Below the pieces are notes generated by a model. It searched no databases. It was not told the DNA's origin and was given only the letters and a program-made list of their open reading frames with translations. A DNA stretch of 64,000 bases, from NCBI GenBank assembly GCA_020847075.1, contig JADLCS010000030.1, forward strand, positions 25,105 to 89,104, given 5' to 3'. The translations under genes were made by a program, and so were the position numbers. Origin of the DNA: Gammaproteobacteria bacterium (GTDB taxonomy: Bacteria > Pseudomonadota > Gammaproteobacteria > SZUA-140). Below are positions 9,897 to 20,366 of this stretch, piece by piece; positions within the stretch are counted from its first letter, which is position 1; each line of letters opens with the position of its first letter.

Positions 9897-11234
9897 TCAG
9901 CCCGGCAGTTCGATACCCGCCTCGCGCAGGCGCGCCAGCTTGTAGCGCAGCGTGCGCTCGCTGATGCCGAGCCGCTGCGCGGCCGCGCGGCGGTTTCCCC
10001 GCACGGCGCCCAGCGTATCCAGGATCAGTCGCTGCTCGCGGCCGCGCAGGTCCTCGCCCAGCGCGGCGGCCGCGGGCACGGTCGGGGCGGCGCTCGCCGG
10101 CGTGGCGCGGGGCTCTTCCATCTGCAGGTCCCCCGCGTCGATCGCGGCCCCGCCCTGCAGGATCAGCGCGCGCTGGAGCACATTGTCGAGTTCGCGCACA
10201 TTGCCCGGCCAGCCGTGGTCCAGCAGGCGCCGCTCCGCGGCGGCGGTCAGCGCCGGCGCCGCGCGGCCCTGCGCGCGCGCGCCCCGCCCCAGTATCCTCC
10301 GCGCCAGCGGGAGGATATCCCCCGTGCGCTCGCGCAGCGGCGGCAGGTGCAGCGGGAAGACGTTGAGGCGGTAGAACAGGTCTTCGCGGAAGCGGCCGGC
10401 GCTCACCTCGTCGCGCAGCGTGCGGTTCGACGTGGCGAGGATGCGCACGTCGAGCGCGATCGTGCCGCGTCCGCCCAGCCGTTCCACCTCGCGCTCCTGC
10501 AGTACGCGCAGGAGCTTGGCCTGCAGGCCGAGGTCCATCTCGGAGATCTCGTCCAGCAGCAGGGTCCCGTGCTGCGCCTGTTCGAATTTGCCCGGGCAGG
10601 CGCTGTAGGCGCCGGTGAACGCGCCCTTTTCATAGCCGAACAGGGTGGCCTCCAGCATGTTGTCCGGGATCGCGGCGCAGTTGATCGCGACGAAGGGACG
10701 CGGCGCGCGCGGCGAGTGACGGTGGACGTAGCGCGCCAGCACCTCCTTGCCGACGCCGCTCTCCCCCGTGATCATGATGGTCGCGTCGGTGACGGCGACG
10801 CGGCGCGCCAGATTCGCCGCGTAACGGCTGCCCGGGTCCAGTGCCACCATCTCGTCATCGGCGGCGAGCGCCATATGGCGCTCGACCATCTCCACGAGCC
10901 TGCCGGCATCGAAGGGTTTCACCAGATAATCCACCGCGCCGGCCTGCATGGCCCGCACGGCCTGCTGGATGGTGCCATAGGCGGTCATCATCAATACCGG
11001 GATATCGGGCCGGCTGCCGCGGATATGGTTGAGCAGGGCATAGCCGTCCATCGGCTTCATCTGCACGTCGCTGATCACCATGCCGATGCCCTCCGGGCGC
11101 TCCGCCAGCAGGCGGACCGCCTCCGTCCCGTCGTGCGCCGCCGCTACCGGATATCCGGCCAGGTCGAGCGAATCGCACAGCGCCTCGCGCAGCGCCGGTT
11201 CGTCCTCGACGACGAGTACGGTGGGATGGGTCAT
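9897..11234 (-). CDS. fleR: Sigma54-dependent two-component response regulator (FleR/FlrC type)
   Basis: Receiver domain (VLVVEDEPALREAL...ISDVQM), AAA+ sigma54 activator domain ([23 protein letters not shown]-like) and a C-terminal Fis-type HTH (AAQRLGISERTLRYKL). The start was set at the ATG at 11232-11234, preceded by AGGAGAG. Confidence 0.9.
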   Translation of the reverse strand: MTHPTVLVVEDEPALREALCDSLDLAGYPVAAAHDGTEAVRLLAERPEGIGMVISDVQMKPMDGYALLNHIRGSRPDIPVLMMTAYGTIQQAVRAMQAGAVDYLVKPFDAGRLVEMVERHMALAADDEMVALDPGSRYAANLARRVAVTDATIMITGESGVGKEVLARYVHRHSPRAPRPFVAINCAAIPDNMLEATLFGYEKGAFTGAYSACPGKFEQAQHGTLLLDEISEMDLGLQAKLLRVLQEREVERLGGRGTIALDVRILATSNRTLRDEVSAGRFREDLFYRLNVFPLHLPPLRERTGDILPLARRILGRGARAQGRAAPALTAAAERRLLDHGWPGNVRELDNVLQRALILQGGAAIDAGDLQMEEPRATPASAAPTVPAAAALGEDLRGREQRLILDTLGAVRGNRRAAAQRLGISERTLRYKLARLREAGIELPG

Positions 11235-11290
11235 GGCCGGTACCTCTCCTTTCATTGCCTCGATCATGCCGCGGGATTCCGTGCCGGTGG

Positions 11291-12478
11291 TCAGGAAGGA
11301 TCCGCCGCCAGCGGCAGGCGCACGCCGACGGTCGTCCCGTGACCGGGTTCGGATTCGATCCACAGCACGCCGCCATGCGCGTGCACGACCGCCTGGGCCA
11401 CGGCGAGGCCGAGACCGGTGCCGCGCGACTTGGTGGTGAAAAACGGCTCGAGGACGCGTTCTCTCACGGCGGGCTCCATACCGGGGCCGTCGTCCTCGAG
11501 CAGAAACTCGATGGAGTCCATGCCGGCGACCCGGCGCGCCACGAAACCGAGATGGCCGCCTCCCCGCCGCGCCGTGGACTCATCGCCGCGGCAGGCCTGG
11601 ATGGCGTTTTCCAGCAGATTCTGCAGCACCGCGACGAGGGCGTCGGGATTTCCGCGCAACCGCGCCGCGCCGCTGTCGTCGACGATCTCGAGACGGCATC
11701 CGCCCGCCCGCGCCAGGGGCTCCGACATGCGGCGAAAGGCGTCGATCAGCACGGTGGCGGCGAAGGTCTCGGTGGAAAAGGCGCCGTCGCGGGCGAACAT
11801 CAGCATGTCCCGCACCAGCTGGTCGAGATGATCGAGACAGGCGCGGATCTTTTCTATCCCGCGGCGCTGTCCCGGGGAGGTCGGCCCCCGCGCCTCGAGT
11901 TGGGAGACATACAGCAGACTGGCGGCCAGCGGGGTGCGGATCTGATGGGCGAGCGCGGCGGCCATCTCCCCCATCGAGGCGAGGCGCTGCTGGCGCTGCA
12001 CCAGGGCCTGCATCGCGCGCGAATCGGTCACCTCGTTGATCAGGATCACCTGCCCCGGCCCGTCCGCGAGGGGATTGGTGGCGAGTGCGACCAGGCGGCC
12101 GTCGGTCAGACGCAGGTCGCCGAGCCGGCACTGCGCGGCGAATGCGCGGCGGATCACCTCGAACCAGAGGGCGCCGGCCAGCGGCTCGCCGAGCAGATCG
12201 ATCGCCACCCGGTTGCATTCGGCGACGCGGCCATCGCCGTCGAGCACGACGACCCCGGCCGGCAGGGCATCCAGGACCGCCTGCAGATGAGGCGCGGAAT
12301 ACGCCCGCTCCCCGGCAAGTGTCGGGGCGGCAGCGGTCCCGGCCGCGAAGCGGCGGGTGATCTCGGCCAGATGGCGCTCCAGTAACTGATAGGAAGAGCT
12401 CAGCTGCTCCGAGACGCGATTGAAATGATTGAAGGCATCCGTCAAGCGTTGCGCTTGGCGCGTTGCGGTTTGATCCAT
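11291..12478 (-). CDS. fleS: Sensor histidine kinase (FleS/FlrB type)
   Basis: H-box SMGEMAAALAHQIRTPL, and the N/G boxes of HATPase_c (LLENAIQA, DDGPGM, GTGLGLAVA). It sits immediately upstream of fleR. The start was trimmed to MDQTATRQ. Confidence 0.88.
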   Translation of the reverse strand: MDQTATRQAQRLTDAFNHFNRVSEQLSSSYQLLERHLAEITRRFAAGTAAAPTLAGERAYSAPHLQAVLDALPAGVVVLDGDGRVAECNRVAIDLLGEPLAGALWFEVIRRAFAAQCRLGDLRLTDGRLVALATNPLADGPGQVILINEVTDSRAMQALVQRQQRLASMGEMAAALAHQIRTPLAASLLYVSQLEARGPTSPGQRRGIEKIRACLDHLDQLVRDMLMFARDGAFSTETFAATVLIDAFRRMSEPLARAGGCRLEIVDDSGAARLRGNPDALVAVLQNLLENAIQACRGDESTARRGGGHLGFVARRVAGMDSIEFLLEDDGPGMEPAVRERVLEPFFTTKSRGTGLGLAVAQAVVHAHGGVLWIESEPGHGTTVGVRLPLAADPS

Positions 12479-12549
12479 GCGCTCACGTCCCCGTCGCGGT
12501 GTCGATTCAGCGGCGGAAACGATCGCCGATTCCGCCGCCAGGACAGGGA

Positions 12550-12563
12550 GCAATAAACGTGCC
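12550..12563 (-). promoter_or_regulatory. Sigma54 -24/-12 promoter for fleS-fleR
   Basis: The minus strand reads (C)GGCAC-GTTTA-TTGC with exact spacing, about 70 nt upstream of the fleS ATG (12478). Confidence 0.75.
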
Positions 12564-12623
12564 GGATTTTATTTCTTAGGTTTTACAGAATGTTGAGAAT
12601 GATTCGGCGAGGCGACGTCAAAC

Positions 12624-14036
12624 TTACGTCACCTCGTCCGTGCGCTGCAGGCCATACTTCCGCAGCTTCTCGACGAGCGTGGTCCGGCGCAGACCCAGGC
12701 GGTTGGCGGCGTGCGCCACGATGCCGTCGGCGTCGTCCAGGGCCTGTTTGATGAGATTGCACTCGAGGTTGGTCAGGTGCTGCTTCAGGTCGAGGCCGTC
12801 GCGCGGCAGGCGCGGGATATCGAGACTGCCGACGGTGATCAGACGGTCCTCGGCGATCACCGCATCCTTCAGCTCGCCCGGCTCGGGCTGGTACTTCTCG
12901 GACAGATCGTTCATGTCAACGACGCCGTAGGGGTGCATGATGACGAGCCGTTCGATCACATTGGCGAGCTCGCGCACGTTGCCCGGCCAGTGGTACTGCG
13001 ACAGGGCCATGATGGCGGACTGGGTCAGACGCACCGAGCCCCGCTTCTCGTGCTCCAGGCGGGTGATCAGTTCCTTGATCAGCAACGGGATGTCTTCCGA
13101 ACGCTCGCGCAGCGGCGGCATCTCGATCGGAAACACATTGAGGCGGTAGTACAGATCCTCGCGGAACTTGCCCTCCGCGATCGCCTTCTCGAGATTGCGA
13201 TGCGTCGCCGCGATGATGCGCACGTCGGCGGTGATGGTCTTGTTGCTGCCGACGCGCTCGAAGGTCCGCTCCTGCAGCACGCGCAGCAGCTTCACCTGCA
13301 TGTGCATGCTCATGTCGCCGATCTCGTCGAGGAACAGCGTACCGCCCTCGGCCATTTCGAAGCGGCCCTGGCGCGCGCTGATGGCGCCGGTGAACGCGCC
13401 CTTTTCATGCCCGAACAGTTCGCTCTCCAGCAGCTCCGCCGGGATGGCCCCGCAGTTGATCGGGACGAACGGCCTGTTGCGGCGCGCGGAATGGTAATGG
13501 ATGTTGCGCGCGACCACTTCCTTGCCGGTGCCGGACTCGCCCAGGATCAGCACGGTGGCGTCGGAATCGGCGACCTGTTCGATCAGCGTGCGCACGATGC
13601 GTATCGGCCGGCTGTTGCCGACGAGACTGCGGAAAAGCTCGGGCGAATGATCGCCCTGCCCCTCGCGCTGGCTGGCGCGATAGACCGCGGCCTGCTGCAG
13701 GATGCCGGTGAGCTCCTTGTATTTAGGGGGGAATTTGAGCTGACCGATGAGGAGTGACTGGATTTCGGGGGGAAGTTTCTTGCGGGCACCATTGCCGATC
13801 AGGACGACGGGGAGCCCGGAGTCCCATTCGTGCAGGGCTCTGACCGTCTCGAGCCAGCGTTCATCCGCGGACTCCGCGGCCACCACGGCGGCGCCGACGG
13901 TGCCGGCCGAGAGCCCGGAATCCTTCCAGCTCTCCGGCTTCGCCAGATGCACATTGTCGTAGTCGATGAAACTCAGAATCGCTTTCAGACACTCGGATCG
14001 TTGTTGATCCTCGTCGACGACCAGAACGGATTCCAT
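12624..14036 (-). CDS. fleQ: Flagellar master regulator, sigma54-dependent activator FleQ/FlrA
   Basis: FleQ-type degenerate receiver N-terminus, an AAA+ domain ([28 protein letters not shown]) and a C-terminal HTH ([20 protein letters not shown]). The start was trimmed to [10 protein letters not shown]. Confidence 0.9.
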   Translation of the reverse strand: MESVLVVDEDQQRSECLKAILSFIDYDNVHLAKPESWKDSGLSAGTVGAAVVAAESADERWLETVRALHEWDSGLPVVLIGNGARKKLPPEIQSLLIGQLKFPPKYKELTGILQQAAVYRASQREGQGDHSPELFRSLVGNSRPIRIVRTLIEQVADSDATVLILGESGTGKEVVARNIHYHSARRNRPFVPINCGAIPAELLESELFGHEKGAFTGAISARQGRFEMAEGGTLFLDEIGDMSMHMQVKLLRVLQERTFERVGSNKTITADVRIIAATHRNLEKAIAEGKFREDLYYRLNVFPIEMPPLRERSEDIPLLIKELITRLEHEKRGSVRLTQSAIMALSQYHWPGNVRELANVIERLVIMHPYGVVDMNDLSEKYQPEPGELKDAVIAEDRLITVGSLDIPRLPRDGLDLKQHLTNLECNLIKQALDDADGIVAHAANRLGLRRTTLVEKLRKYGLQRTDEVT

Positions 14037-14145
14037 TCGGCCCACCCCTTCTCCCAAGCTGCGCTATGCAGGATTGTTATAGTCTTTATTATTAGGTATA
14101 GGGTCTACAAAATGACCTACAGCCTAACCCGTTTTAATTATAATG

Positions 14146-14172
14146 TCAAAAACTCGTCGCCTTCGCGGCGAT
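14146..14172 (-). terminator. Putative intrinsic terminator after the PilZ-like gene
   Basis: On the minus strand there is a TCGCC-GCGAA-GGCGA stem-loop followed by CGAGTTTTTG, about 30 nt after the stop at 14205. A TTGACA hexamer follows, in the AT-rich fleQ upstream region. Confidence 0.45.
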
Positions 14173-14204
14173 CTATTATAACCCGCTGATACTGATTGGG
14201 AAGA

Positions 14205-14816
14205 TCATGTGCGCCCCTGCTGGCGCGCATGCGCGACCTGCCTCCTGTGGTGACGGAATATCAGCTTCTCGACCCAGCTTCGCAGGGCGTCGCTCATGTC
14301 CCGGTAGCCCATCTCGATCCGGAAATCCCCGGCCTCCGGGGTCACCTTCCGCACCTCTCCGTAGAGGGTGATCGGCGTGGGATAGGCCCGGTTGAGATAG
14401 ACCTCCACGGCGAGGATGCCGCCCACGGGCGGCGCCGTGCGGGAACGCCACCGGATCCCGGCGCTGCTCATCTCGACCGGCACCGCAACGGGCATGGAGA
14501 CGTGCTCGGCCAGCAGGCGGGCCGTCATCTCGAGCAGCAGGTTCAGCTTGAATTCGAGCCGGGACAGCTCATGGGCGCCATGGCCGTGCTCTTCGTCGGG
14601 GGCCTCGGCGCGATATTCCTCGAGCGCCGCGAAGGAGCGCAGCACGCGCTCGTTGGAGTGATGCGTTCTCAATATCTCGGCGGTGGAAATGCCCGTTCCG
14701 ACTTCGCGCCAGGCGAGCGGCACACTGTCTTCGTAGACCAGTCCCGCGCCGAACCGCGAATCATCCCCGTTTTCCATGCAGGCAAAGATACTCGATCCCG
14801 CCGCCCCAGACAACAC
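14205..14816 (-). CDS. PilZ-like (atypical PilZ) candidate c-di-GMP receptor, flagellar-cluster associated
   Basis: About 190-203 aa. The central helix LSRLEFKLNLLLEMTARLL followed by a beta-rich C-terminal half resembles atypical PilZ proteins as I remember them. Canonical RxxxR / DxSxxG motifs are not obvious. An alternative start MENGDD is at 14777. Confidence 0.4.
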   Translation of the reverse strand: MLSGAAGSSIFACMENGDDSRFGAGLVYEDSVPLAWREVGTGISTAEILRTHHSNERVLRSFAALEEYRAEAPDEEHGHGAHELSRLEFKLNLLLEMTARLLAEHVSMPVAVPVEMSSAGIRWRSRTAPPVGGILAVEVYLNRAYPTPITLYGEVRKVTPEAGDFRIEMGYRDMSDALRSWVEKLIFRHHRRQVAHARQQGRT

Positions 14817-14882
14817 GGGGCGCCCGGGATCGAGACCGCACGACCATGGAAAACAGGGCGAAAGGGAGTGTACGGGGCGTGA

Positions 14883-15242
14883 TCAGCGGAGCGTGTATTG
14901 CCGATAGCGGGCGGCCGCCTGACGCTGGCGGGAGCTGTCCGACATCTCCCGCACCAGATGACGCCGCTGTATCTTGCCGAGTTCGAGGATGCGATCGTTG
15001 ATCTCCCGCAGGGCGTGCATGCCCGCGATGTCGTCCGCATCGGGATCGGCGACACGGATCGCCTCGTAGTAGCGCTCCAGCATGGCGGCGCGTCTGGCCT
15101 CGATCCCGGGCAGGTCCTCCCATGTGCCCGCCTCGGCCTTCGCCAGCATCTCCCGGGACAGGGCGAGGATGCCGTTCAGCCCGTCGGCGATCCCTTGCGT
15201 GTCGCCGTCGACTCGATGCGCCGGGCGCGCGGTGGAGATCAT
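14883..15242 (-). CDS. Putative flagellar chaperone, FliT-like
   Basis: 119-aa helical protein whose ATG overlaps the fliS TGA (ATGA at 15239-15242). This is the same position as fliT/fleP in Pseudomonas-type clusters. Assignment is by position and composition only. Confidence 0.45.
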   Translation of the reverse strand: MISTARPAHRVDGDTQGIADGLNGILALSREMLAKAEAGTWEDLPGIEARRAAMLERYYEAIRVADPDADDIAGMHALREINDRILELGKIQRRHLVREMSDSSRQRQAAARYRQYTLR

Positions 15243-15694
15243 CGACCGTAGGCCTGTCCGGTGCGGGACGCGGCCTGCTGCGCGTGTTCCCGGACGATCT
15301 CGCCCGGGATCGCGTCCCAGCCTTCCTTGATCTGGCGCAGCAGCCCCGCCACTTCGTTCAGGCCGTCGGCGTCGTTATTCAGGTTCGCCTGGGTGAGCCG
15401 GGTCATCATGTAGTTATAGAGATCGTCCAGATTCCGGGCGACCTCGCCGCCGACGGACGGGTCCAGGCTGACGCGCAGCCCGTCGATGATGGAGACCGCC
15501 CAACTGATATGGGCGCCCTTCTGCGCGGTCTCGCCCCGCTCCATGAAGCCGCGCGCCGCCGCGATCTTGTCCAGGGCGCCGTCCATCAGCATCTGGATCA
15601 GGCGATGCGGCGTGGCGTCCTCGACCGCGCTCTTCAGCCCCATGTTCCGGTACTGCTTCATCGCCTGATAATTCTTCGAACCGAACTGGTCCAT
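15239..15694 (-). CDS. fliS: Flagellin-specific chaperone FliS
   Basis: MDQFGSKNYQAMKQYRNMGLKSAVEDATPHRLIQMLMDGALDKI... is a typical FliS four-helix protein. The start was trimmed from the track ORF (ATG at 15692-15694). Confidence 0.9.
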   Translation of the reverse strand: MDQFGSKNYQAMKQYRNMGLKSAVEDATPHRLIQMLMDGALDKIAAARGFMERGETAQKGAHISWAVSIIDGLRVSLDPSVGGEVARNLDDLYNYMMTRLTQANLNNDADGLNEVAGLLRQIKEGWDAIPGEIVREHAQQAASRTGQAYGR

Positions 15695-15776
15695 CGATAG
15701 GATCTCCCGTCGTACCTTGGTTTCCGTATAACGCCCGGTCCGCGCCGGGCCTCCCTTATCGCGCCGCAGGCGCGCT

Positions 15777-17804
15777 TCAATCCGATTTGCGCGCGATGAT
15801 CTGCGACAGGCTGTCCAACTGCTGGGTGAGAAAATCGCTGGTGCTCTGAAGCTGGGCCACCAGTATGTCCATCGCCGTGAACTGCGCCCGTATCCTCTCC
15901 TCATAGGCCTGTGACCGGAGCTCGACCTGCGCGCGCTGGGTATCGACGAGATCGAGGTTGCGGTTGATACCGTCGGTCACGGAATCGAACAATCCGTCGC
16001 TCGCGAGCAGGCCGGACAACACATTTTTCAGTTGCTCGGCATATCCGCGCGAGAACGTCACGCTGCCCCGGTTTCCGGTCACGCCCCCGATCACCATCAG
16101 ATCCAGACCCAGGGCGACGCCCTGGCCGGAGAGCTTCTGCCCGTCGCCGACCGCCTCTACCCCGCCGATGGTCCCGGCGACGTCCACCCCGTCGGTAGAG
16201 GTCGGCGCCAGACCGAAGAGGCCGTTGCGGGCGTTTCCCCCGGTGACGGAGACCTGTGACTTGGAGCCGTAGGCGTCGGAGGTGATGGTCAGGACCCCGC
16301 CGGACTCGGCGACCTTGACGGTGACGCCCGACTTGGCCAGATCCGCGCTGGCATTGAGCCTGGATTGCAGCTCCGCCGCCAGCGCGGCGGCGGAGCCATA
16401 GGTCTTCGCCGACAGCGTGACGCTGGTGGAGACGCCGTCGATCAGCAGCGTCAGACCGTCGTTCACGCCCGCGGCGATGATCAGGTTCGCCGCCGCCGAG
16501 CCGGCGAAGCCGCCCTGCGTCGCGAGCCGGGTGATATCGATGTCGTATTCGCCCGCGCGGGTCACGGCGGTGGACGCCTGATACTGGATCAGAGAATCGG
16601 TGGCCGAGCCGTAGGCGGTGAACATGCCGGCGATCGCGTCGAAGTTGTCCTCGATCGCGGCCGCCAGCTTGGCGTTGTCCAGCACCAGGCTGCCATCGCT
16701 GGCGCTGCGCGTGATGCCGATGTCGGCCAGTTGCCGGTAGGCGCCGTTCAGGCCGGTGACCGTCTGACTGAAGACGCGCTTGATCTGCGTCTCGATGTTG
16801 CGCAGGACACCGTCGCCGTTGAGCAGGCCCGCGGCCCCGGTATCGGCGTCGAAGCTCGACAGATCGTTGATGGTGCTGATCAGACCGTTGTACTTTTCCA
16901 CGAAGCTGCTGACCGCGCTGGACACGTTGTCCTTATTGTAGGAAACGGTCACGGTGGAGGTGCCGGCCTCGAGCAGATCGATCTCCAGCCCGTTGATCAC
17001 GTTGGTCAGGGTATTGCTCGCACTGGTGACGGCGATGCCGTCTACGATCAGGCCGGAGACGTCCTGCGCGGTCTGGGTCTGGGCCATGTTGGTGGCGGCG
17101 GAATTGAACGCGAGCAGCGACAGGCCCGCGCCGTCGGTATCGTTGCCGTCGCTGTCCGCGACGGAGATCTCCAGGCCGTTCGCGGCCCCGGTGTCCCCCG
17201 CCGACAGGGCGAGGCGCTGATAGGCGCCGTCGTAGATGATCGACGCCGTGATGCCCATCCCGGCCCCGTTGATGGCGTCGCGTATACCCTGGAGGCTTCC
17301 GTCCGTGATCTCCACCGTGTAGCTGGGCCGCTGCGCGTTCTGCTCGAAGGCGTTATAGGTGTCGGTGCCGGCGTCATAGTCCGTGGCGCCGAACCTGAAC
17401 GTGAGCGTTCCGGTGCCGACGATATCCGTCACCGCAGTGAAGCGCGCGCCCTCCTGGCCGACCGGATCGGTGGACAGCTTGTGCTCGGTGGCGAGCGCGG
17501 AGAGGCTTACCTGGTATCTCCCGGGCGACGCGAGGGTCCCCGCGCTGGCCGTCAGCACCTCGTCGTTGCTGGAACCCGCGGTACGGCCGCGATACGTCGA
17601 GATCGAGGTCAGCCCCGACAGCGAGGTCTGCAGAGACGACAGCGCCCCTTTCAGGGTCCCGAAGGCGGACAGCCGCGCCTGTAACTCCGCCTCTTTCGTA
17701 TCCAGACGGGTGGTCTGCGGCGTCTTCTCGGCATCGACCAACTGGGAGACCAGCGAATTGATGTCCAGCCCGCTACCTATGCCTGGTGATGTGATGGATG
17801 CCAT
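15777..17804 (-). CDS. fliD: Flagellar filament cap protein FliD (HAP2)
   Basis: 675 aa with the N-terminus SPGIGSGLDINSLVSQLVDAEKTPQTTRLD and a C-terminal FliD domain (FTAMDILVAQLQSTSDFLTQQL). Confidence 0.93.
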   Translation of the reverse strand: MASITSPGIGSGLDINSLVSQLVDAEKTPQTTRLDTKEAELQARLSAFGTLKGALSSLQTSLSGLTSISTYRGRTAGSSNDEVLTASAGTLASPGRYQVSLSALATEHKLSTDPVGQEGARFTAVTDIVGTGTLTFRFGATDYDAGTDTYNAFEQNAQRPSYTVEITDGSLQGIRDAINGAGMGITASIIYDGAYQRLALSAGDTGAANGLEISVADSDGNDTDGAGLSLLAFNSAATNMAQTQTAQDVSGLIVDGIAVTSASNTLTNVINGLEIDLLEAGTSTVTVSYNKDNVSSAVSSFVEKYNGLISTINDLSSFDADTGAAGLLNGDGVLRNIETQIKRVFSQTVTGLNGAYRQLADIGITRSASDGSLVLDNAKLAAAIEDNFDAIAGMFTAYGSATDSLIQYQASTAVTRAGEYDIDITRLATQGGFAGSAAANLIIAAGVNDGLTLLIDGVSTSVTLSAKTYGSAAALAAELQSRLNASADLAKSGVTVKVAESGGVLTITSDAYGSKSQVSVTGGNARNGLFGLAPTSTDGVDVAGTIGGVEAVGDGQKLSGQGVALGLDLMVIGGVTGNRGSVTFSRGYAEQLKNVLSGLLASDGLFDSVTDGINRNLDLVDTQRAQVELRSQAYEERIRAQFTAMDILVAQLQSTSDFLTQQLDSLSQIIARKSD

Positions 17805-17871
17805 ATCCGCGCGCCTCTATCCTGCCGGTACGATGCCATTTCTGGATGCAAAATAAGGACCAATCAGACCG

Positions 17872-18201
17872 TCACCACTCCATATCCGACAAGCCCGCCT
17901 TCTGTTTCAAGATATAGAGCGGCATATCCAGAATCTCCTCCGCGGGAATCTCACGGAGGATCTCCTCCGTCTCCCGGTTATAGACCCTGACCACCACGCG
18001 GTTGAGCGCCGCGTCGACGGTGAATTCGATATTGCGATGGATGCTCTGGATATAGTCGTTCAATTGACTGACCGCCTCGTCGAGCCTGGTGTCTCCCGGC
18101 TCCAGGGGACGGTGTTCGGATGCGGCCGGCACGGCCTCGCCGCCGGAGGGAATGTCCTGCCGCATGGGGGCGTTCGCCCGGGGTGATCGGATCTGACGCA
18201 T
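17872..18201 (-). CDS. flaG: FlaG family protein
   Basis: The block LNDYIQSIHRNIEFTVDAALNRVVVRVYNRETEEILREIPAEEILDM is the conserved FlaG core. It lies between fliC and fliD. Confidence 0.85.
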   Translation of the reverse strand: MRQIRSPRANAPMRQDIPSGGEAVPAASEHRPLEPGDTRLDEAVSQLNDYIQSIHRNIEFTVDAALNRVVVRVYNRETEEILREIPAEEILDMPLYILKQKAGLSDMEW

Positions 18202-18359
18202 ACGAAGTCCTCCGCGCGATAAACAGGCGCCGCGTCCGCGGCGAACGGGAAACAGGACCCCTGAGTGGACGATCTTCCGTATTTCTACCCTCGATGTCCT
18301 TCCTCGATGAGTGGGACGCTCGGGGGCGGTCCGGTCTCCGGTTGCGACCGGGGGATGGC

Positions 18360-18387
18360 GTCCGGGGCGGTTTCATCCGCCCCGGAC
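18360..18387 (-). terminator. Strong GC hairpin between fliC and flaG (terminator/attenuator candidate)
   Basis: GTCCGGGGCGG-TTTCAT-CCGCCCCGGAC, a perfect 11-bp stem, lies about 25 nt after the fliC stop. No clear U-tract follows on the minus strand. Confidence 0.45.
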
Positions 18388-18410
18388 CACCCGTTCTTCT
18401 ACTACCGGAC

Positions 18411-20261
18411 TTACTGCAGGAGCTGGAGCACCAGCTGCGGCAGGGAGTTGGCCTGCGACAGGATCGAAACGCCGGCCTGCTGCAGGATCTGCGCCTTGGT
18501 CAGCGCGGCGGTCTCCGCGGCGAAGTCCGTATCCAGGGTACGCGAGCGCGCGGCGCTCAGGTTTTCCGAGGTGGCGGACAGGTTCGCGATCGTCGACTGG
18601 AAGCGGTTCTGGATCGCACCCAGGTCACCGCGGATGGTCGAGATCTGGGCCAGGGCGCCGTCGATGATCGAGATCGCCTTGTTGGCGCCGTCGACATCGG
18701 AGATGTCCACGGAGGCCAGCTGCGTCAGGGCCGTCGAGGCGCTCTGCAGACCGGCCGCGGTCAACTGATCGTTGGTGCCGGTGAACGTGAAGTTCTTGTC
18801 GGAGCTCAGGGTCAGCGTACCGCCCGTCACCACCGCGGTGGTGCCGGCGGCGTCCGTACCCGCCGTCTCCGCACTCTCCGCGATCACGCCCGCGCCGTCG
18901 CCGATGGTCTCGGCATAACCGATCGCCTCGGCGCCGATCTTGTCGTTGGTCAGGGTGATGACATTGGTGGCAGCCTCGGCGGAGACCGTGGTCGTACCCA
19001 GGGAACGCTGGGTGTTGATCGCATTGGCCAGGGCCGTCGCGATGTCGTTCTCCGTGCCGGTGGTGGCGACGGCCACGCCGACATTGGTACCGCTGTAGGT
19101 GCCGGCCGCATCGTAGAACTCGTAGACCAGGTTATCGACGGTCACGGTGTCGCCCACCGCGATCTCGTTGGCGGTCCCGGTGCCGGCCGCGACGAAGGTC
19201 GCGTCGGTGCTCAGGGTCAGCGTCTGGGTGTTGTTGCCGGAGGCGTTGGCCTCGGTCGCGGCATCGAGACCGACCGCGTTGAAGATGTCGGTCACGACCT
19301 GGGCCGTGCCCGCGCCGCCCGCGGAGATGGTGATGTCGCGGCCGTCCGCAGCGGTCAGGGTCAGCATGCCGGTCGACTGGTTGGCCGCGGCGGTGACACC
19401 GGTCTGGTTGGAGACCGCGTTGATCGCCGTCACGGCGTTGTTCGCCTGCTGCACCGCGGTCGCGGCGGAGGCGATCGAGCCCACGGCGATGCCGTTGATC
19501 ACCAGTTCGCCGTTACCCAGGCTGACACCCGCCACCGGGGCGGAGCCCGTCAGGGTGGTGGAGGCCGACGCGGTGACGCCCGTCTGCGAGGACACGGCAT
19601 TGATGGCCGTGACCTTGGCGGCCGCGCTGCCCGCGGTGACGCCGGCCGAGGTGGTCGCGGAGGAGGCCGCCACCGCCACGCCGTTGATGCTCAGATTGGC
19701 GCCGTCGAAGGCCGCCGCGCTGACGGCCTGCACGGAGTTCGCCTGATAGGCGCCCAGCAGGTTCGTGGTCGCGCCGGCGATGCTCAGGGAAATGGTCTGG
19801 TTCGCTTCGGCGCCGACCTGGAACTGGGCGGACGCGAACGAACCGTCGAGGATCTTCTGCCCGTTGAACGAGGTCGTCTGGGCGTTGCGCTGGATTTCGC
19901 TCAGCAGCTGCTGGGCTTCCGCGTTGAGCGCGGCGCGGTCGGAGACCGAGTTGGTCGAGTTGGCGGACTGGATCGCCAGTTCGCGGATACGCTGCAGGGA
20001 GTTGCCGGCCTCACCCAGGGCGCCTTCGGCCGTCTGCGCGAGCGAGATACCGTCGTTGGCGTTCCGGATCGCCTGGTTCAGACCGCGGATCTGCGTGGTG
20101 AAACGCTCGGAGATCGCGAGACCGGCGGCGTCGTCCTTGGCGCTGTTGATGCGCAGACCGGAGGACAGGCGCTGCAGCGACGTGGCCAAGTCGCCCTGGG
20201 TCTTGTTCAGGTTGCGCTGGGCATTCAGTGAAGCAACGTTCGTGTTAATAATTTGCGGCAT
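18411..20261 (-). CDS. fliC: Flagellin FliC (long, 616 aa)
   Basis: Conserved N-terminus [54 protein letters not shown] and C-terminus [29 protein letters not shown]. The central domain is A/T/G/S/V-rich. Confidence 0.96.
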   Translation of the reverse strand: MPQIINTNVASLNAQRNLNKTQGDLATSLQRLSSGLRINSAKDDAAGLAISERFTTQIRGLNQAIRNANDGISLAQTAEGALGEAGNSLQRIRELAIQSANSTNSVSDRAALNAEAQQLLSEIQRNAQTTSFNGQKILDGSFASAQFQVGAEANQTISLSIAGATTNLLGAYQANSVQAVSAAAFDGANLSINGVAVAASSATTSAGVTAGSAAAKVTAINAVSSQTGVTASASTTLTGSAPVAGVSLGNGELVINGIAVGSIASAATAVQQANNAVTAINAVSNQTGVTAAANQSTGMLTLTAADGRDITISAGGAGTAQVVTDIFNAVGLDAATEANASGNNTQTLTLSTDATFVAAGTGTANEIAVGDTVTVDNLVYEFYDAAGTYSGTNVGVAVATTGTENDIATALANAINTQRSLGTTTVSAEAATNVITLTNDKIGAEAIGYAETIGDGAGVIAESAETAGTDAAGTTAVVTGGTLTLSSDKNFTFTGTNDQLTAAGLQSASTALTQLASVDISDVDGANKAISIIDGALAQISTIRGDLGAIQNRFQSTIANLSATSENLSAARSRTLDTDFAAETAALTKAQILQQAGVSILSQANSLPQLVLQLLQ

Positions 20262-20366
20262 TTTCCTTTCTCCTAGATTCCTGGCAGACCCGTGCTACCC
20301 GGAAGAAGTTGTTTACAGCGGATATACTTCCCATGCATTTGGCAGTATTTACCGCTCCCGACGAAG

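Noticed and set aside
20282-20297. TGGCAG-N..-TGCT sequence resembling a sigma54 promoter near the fliC start.
   Set aside because: The GG-to-GC spacing is one nucleotide short of the canonical spacing. It is also on the plus strand, pointing away from fliC with no downstream plus-strand gene.
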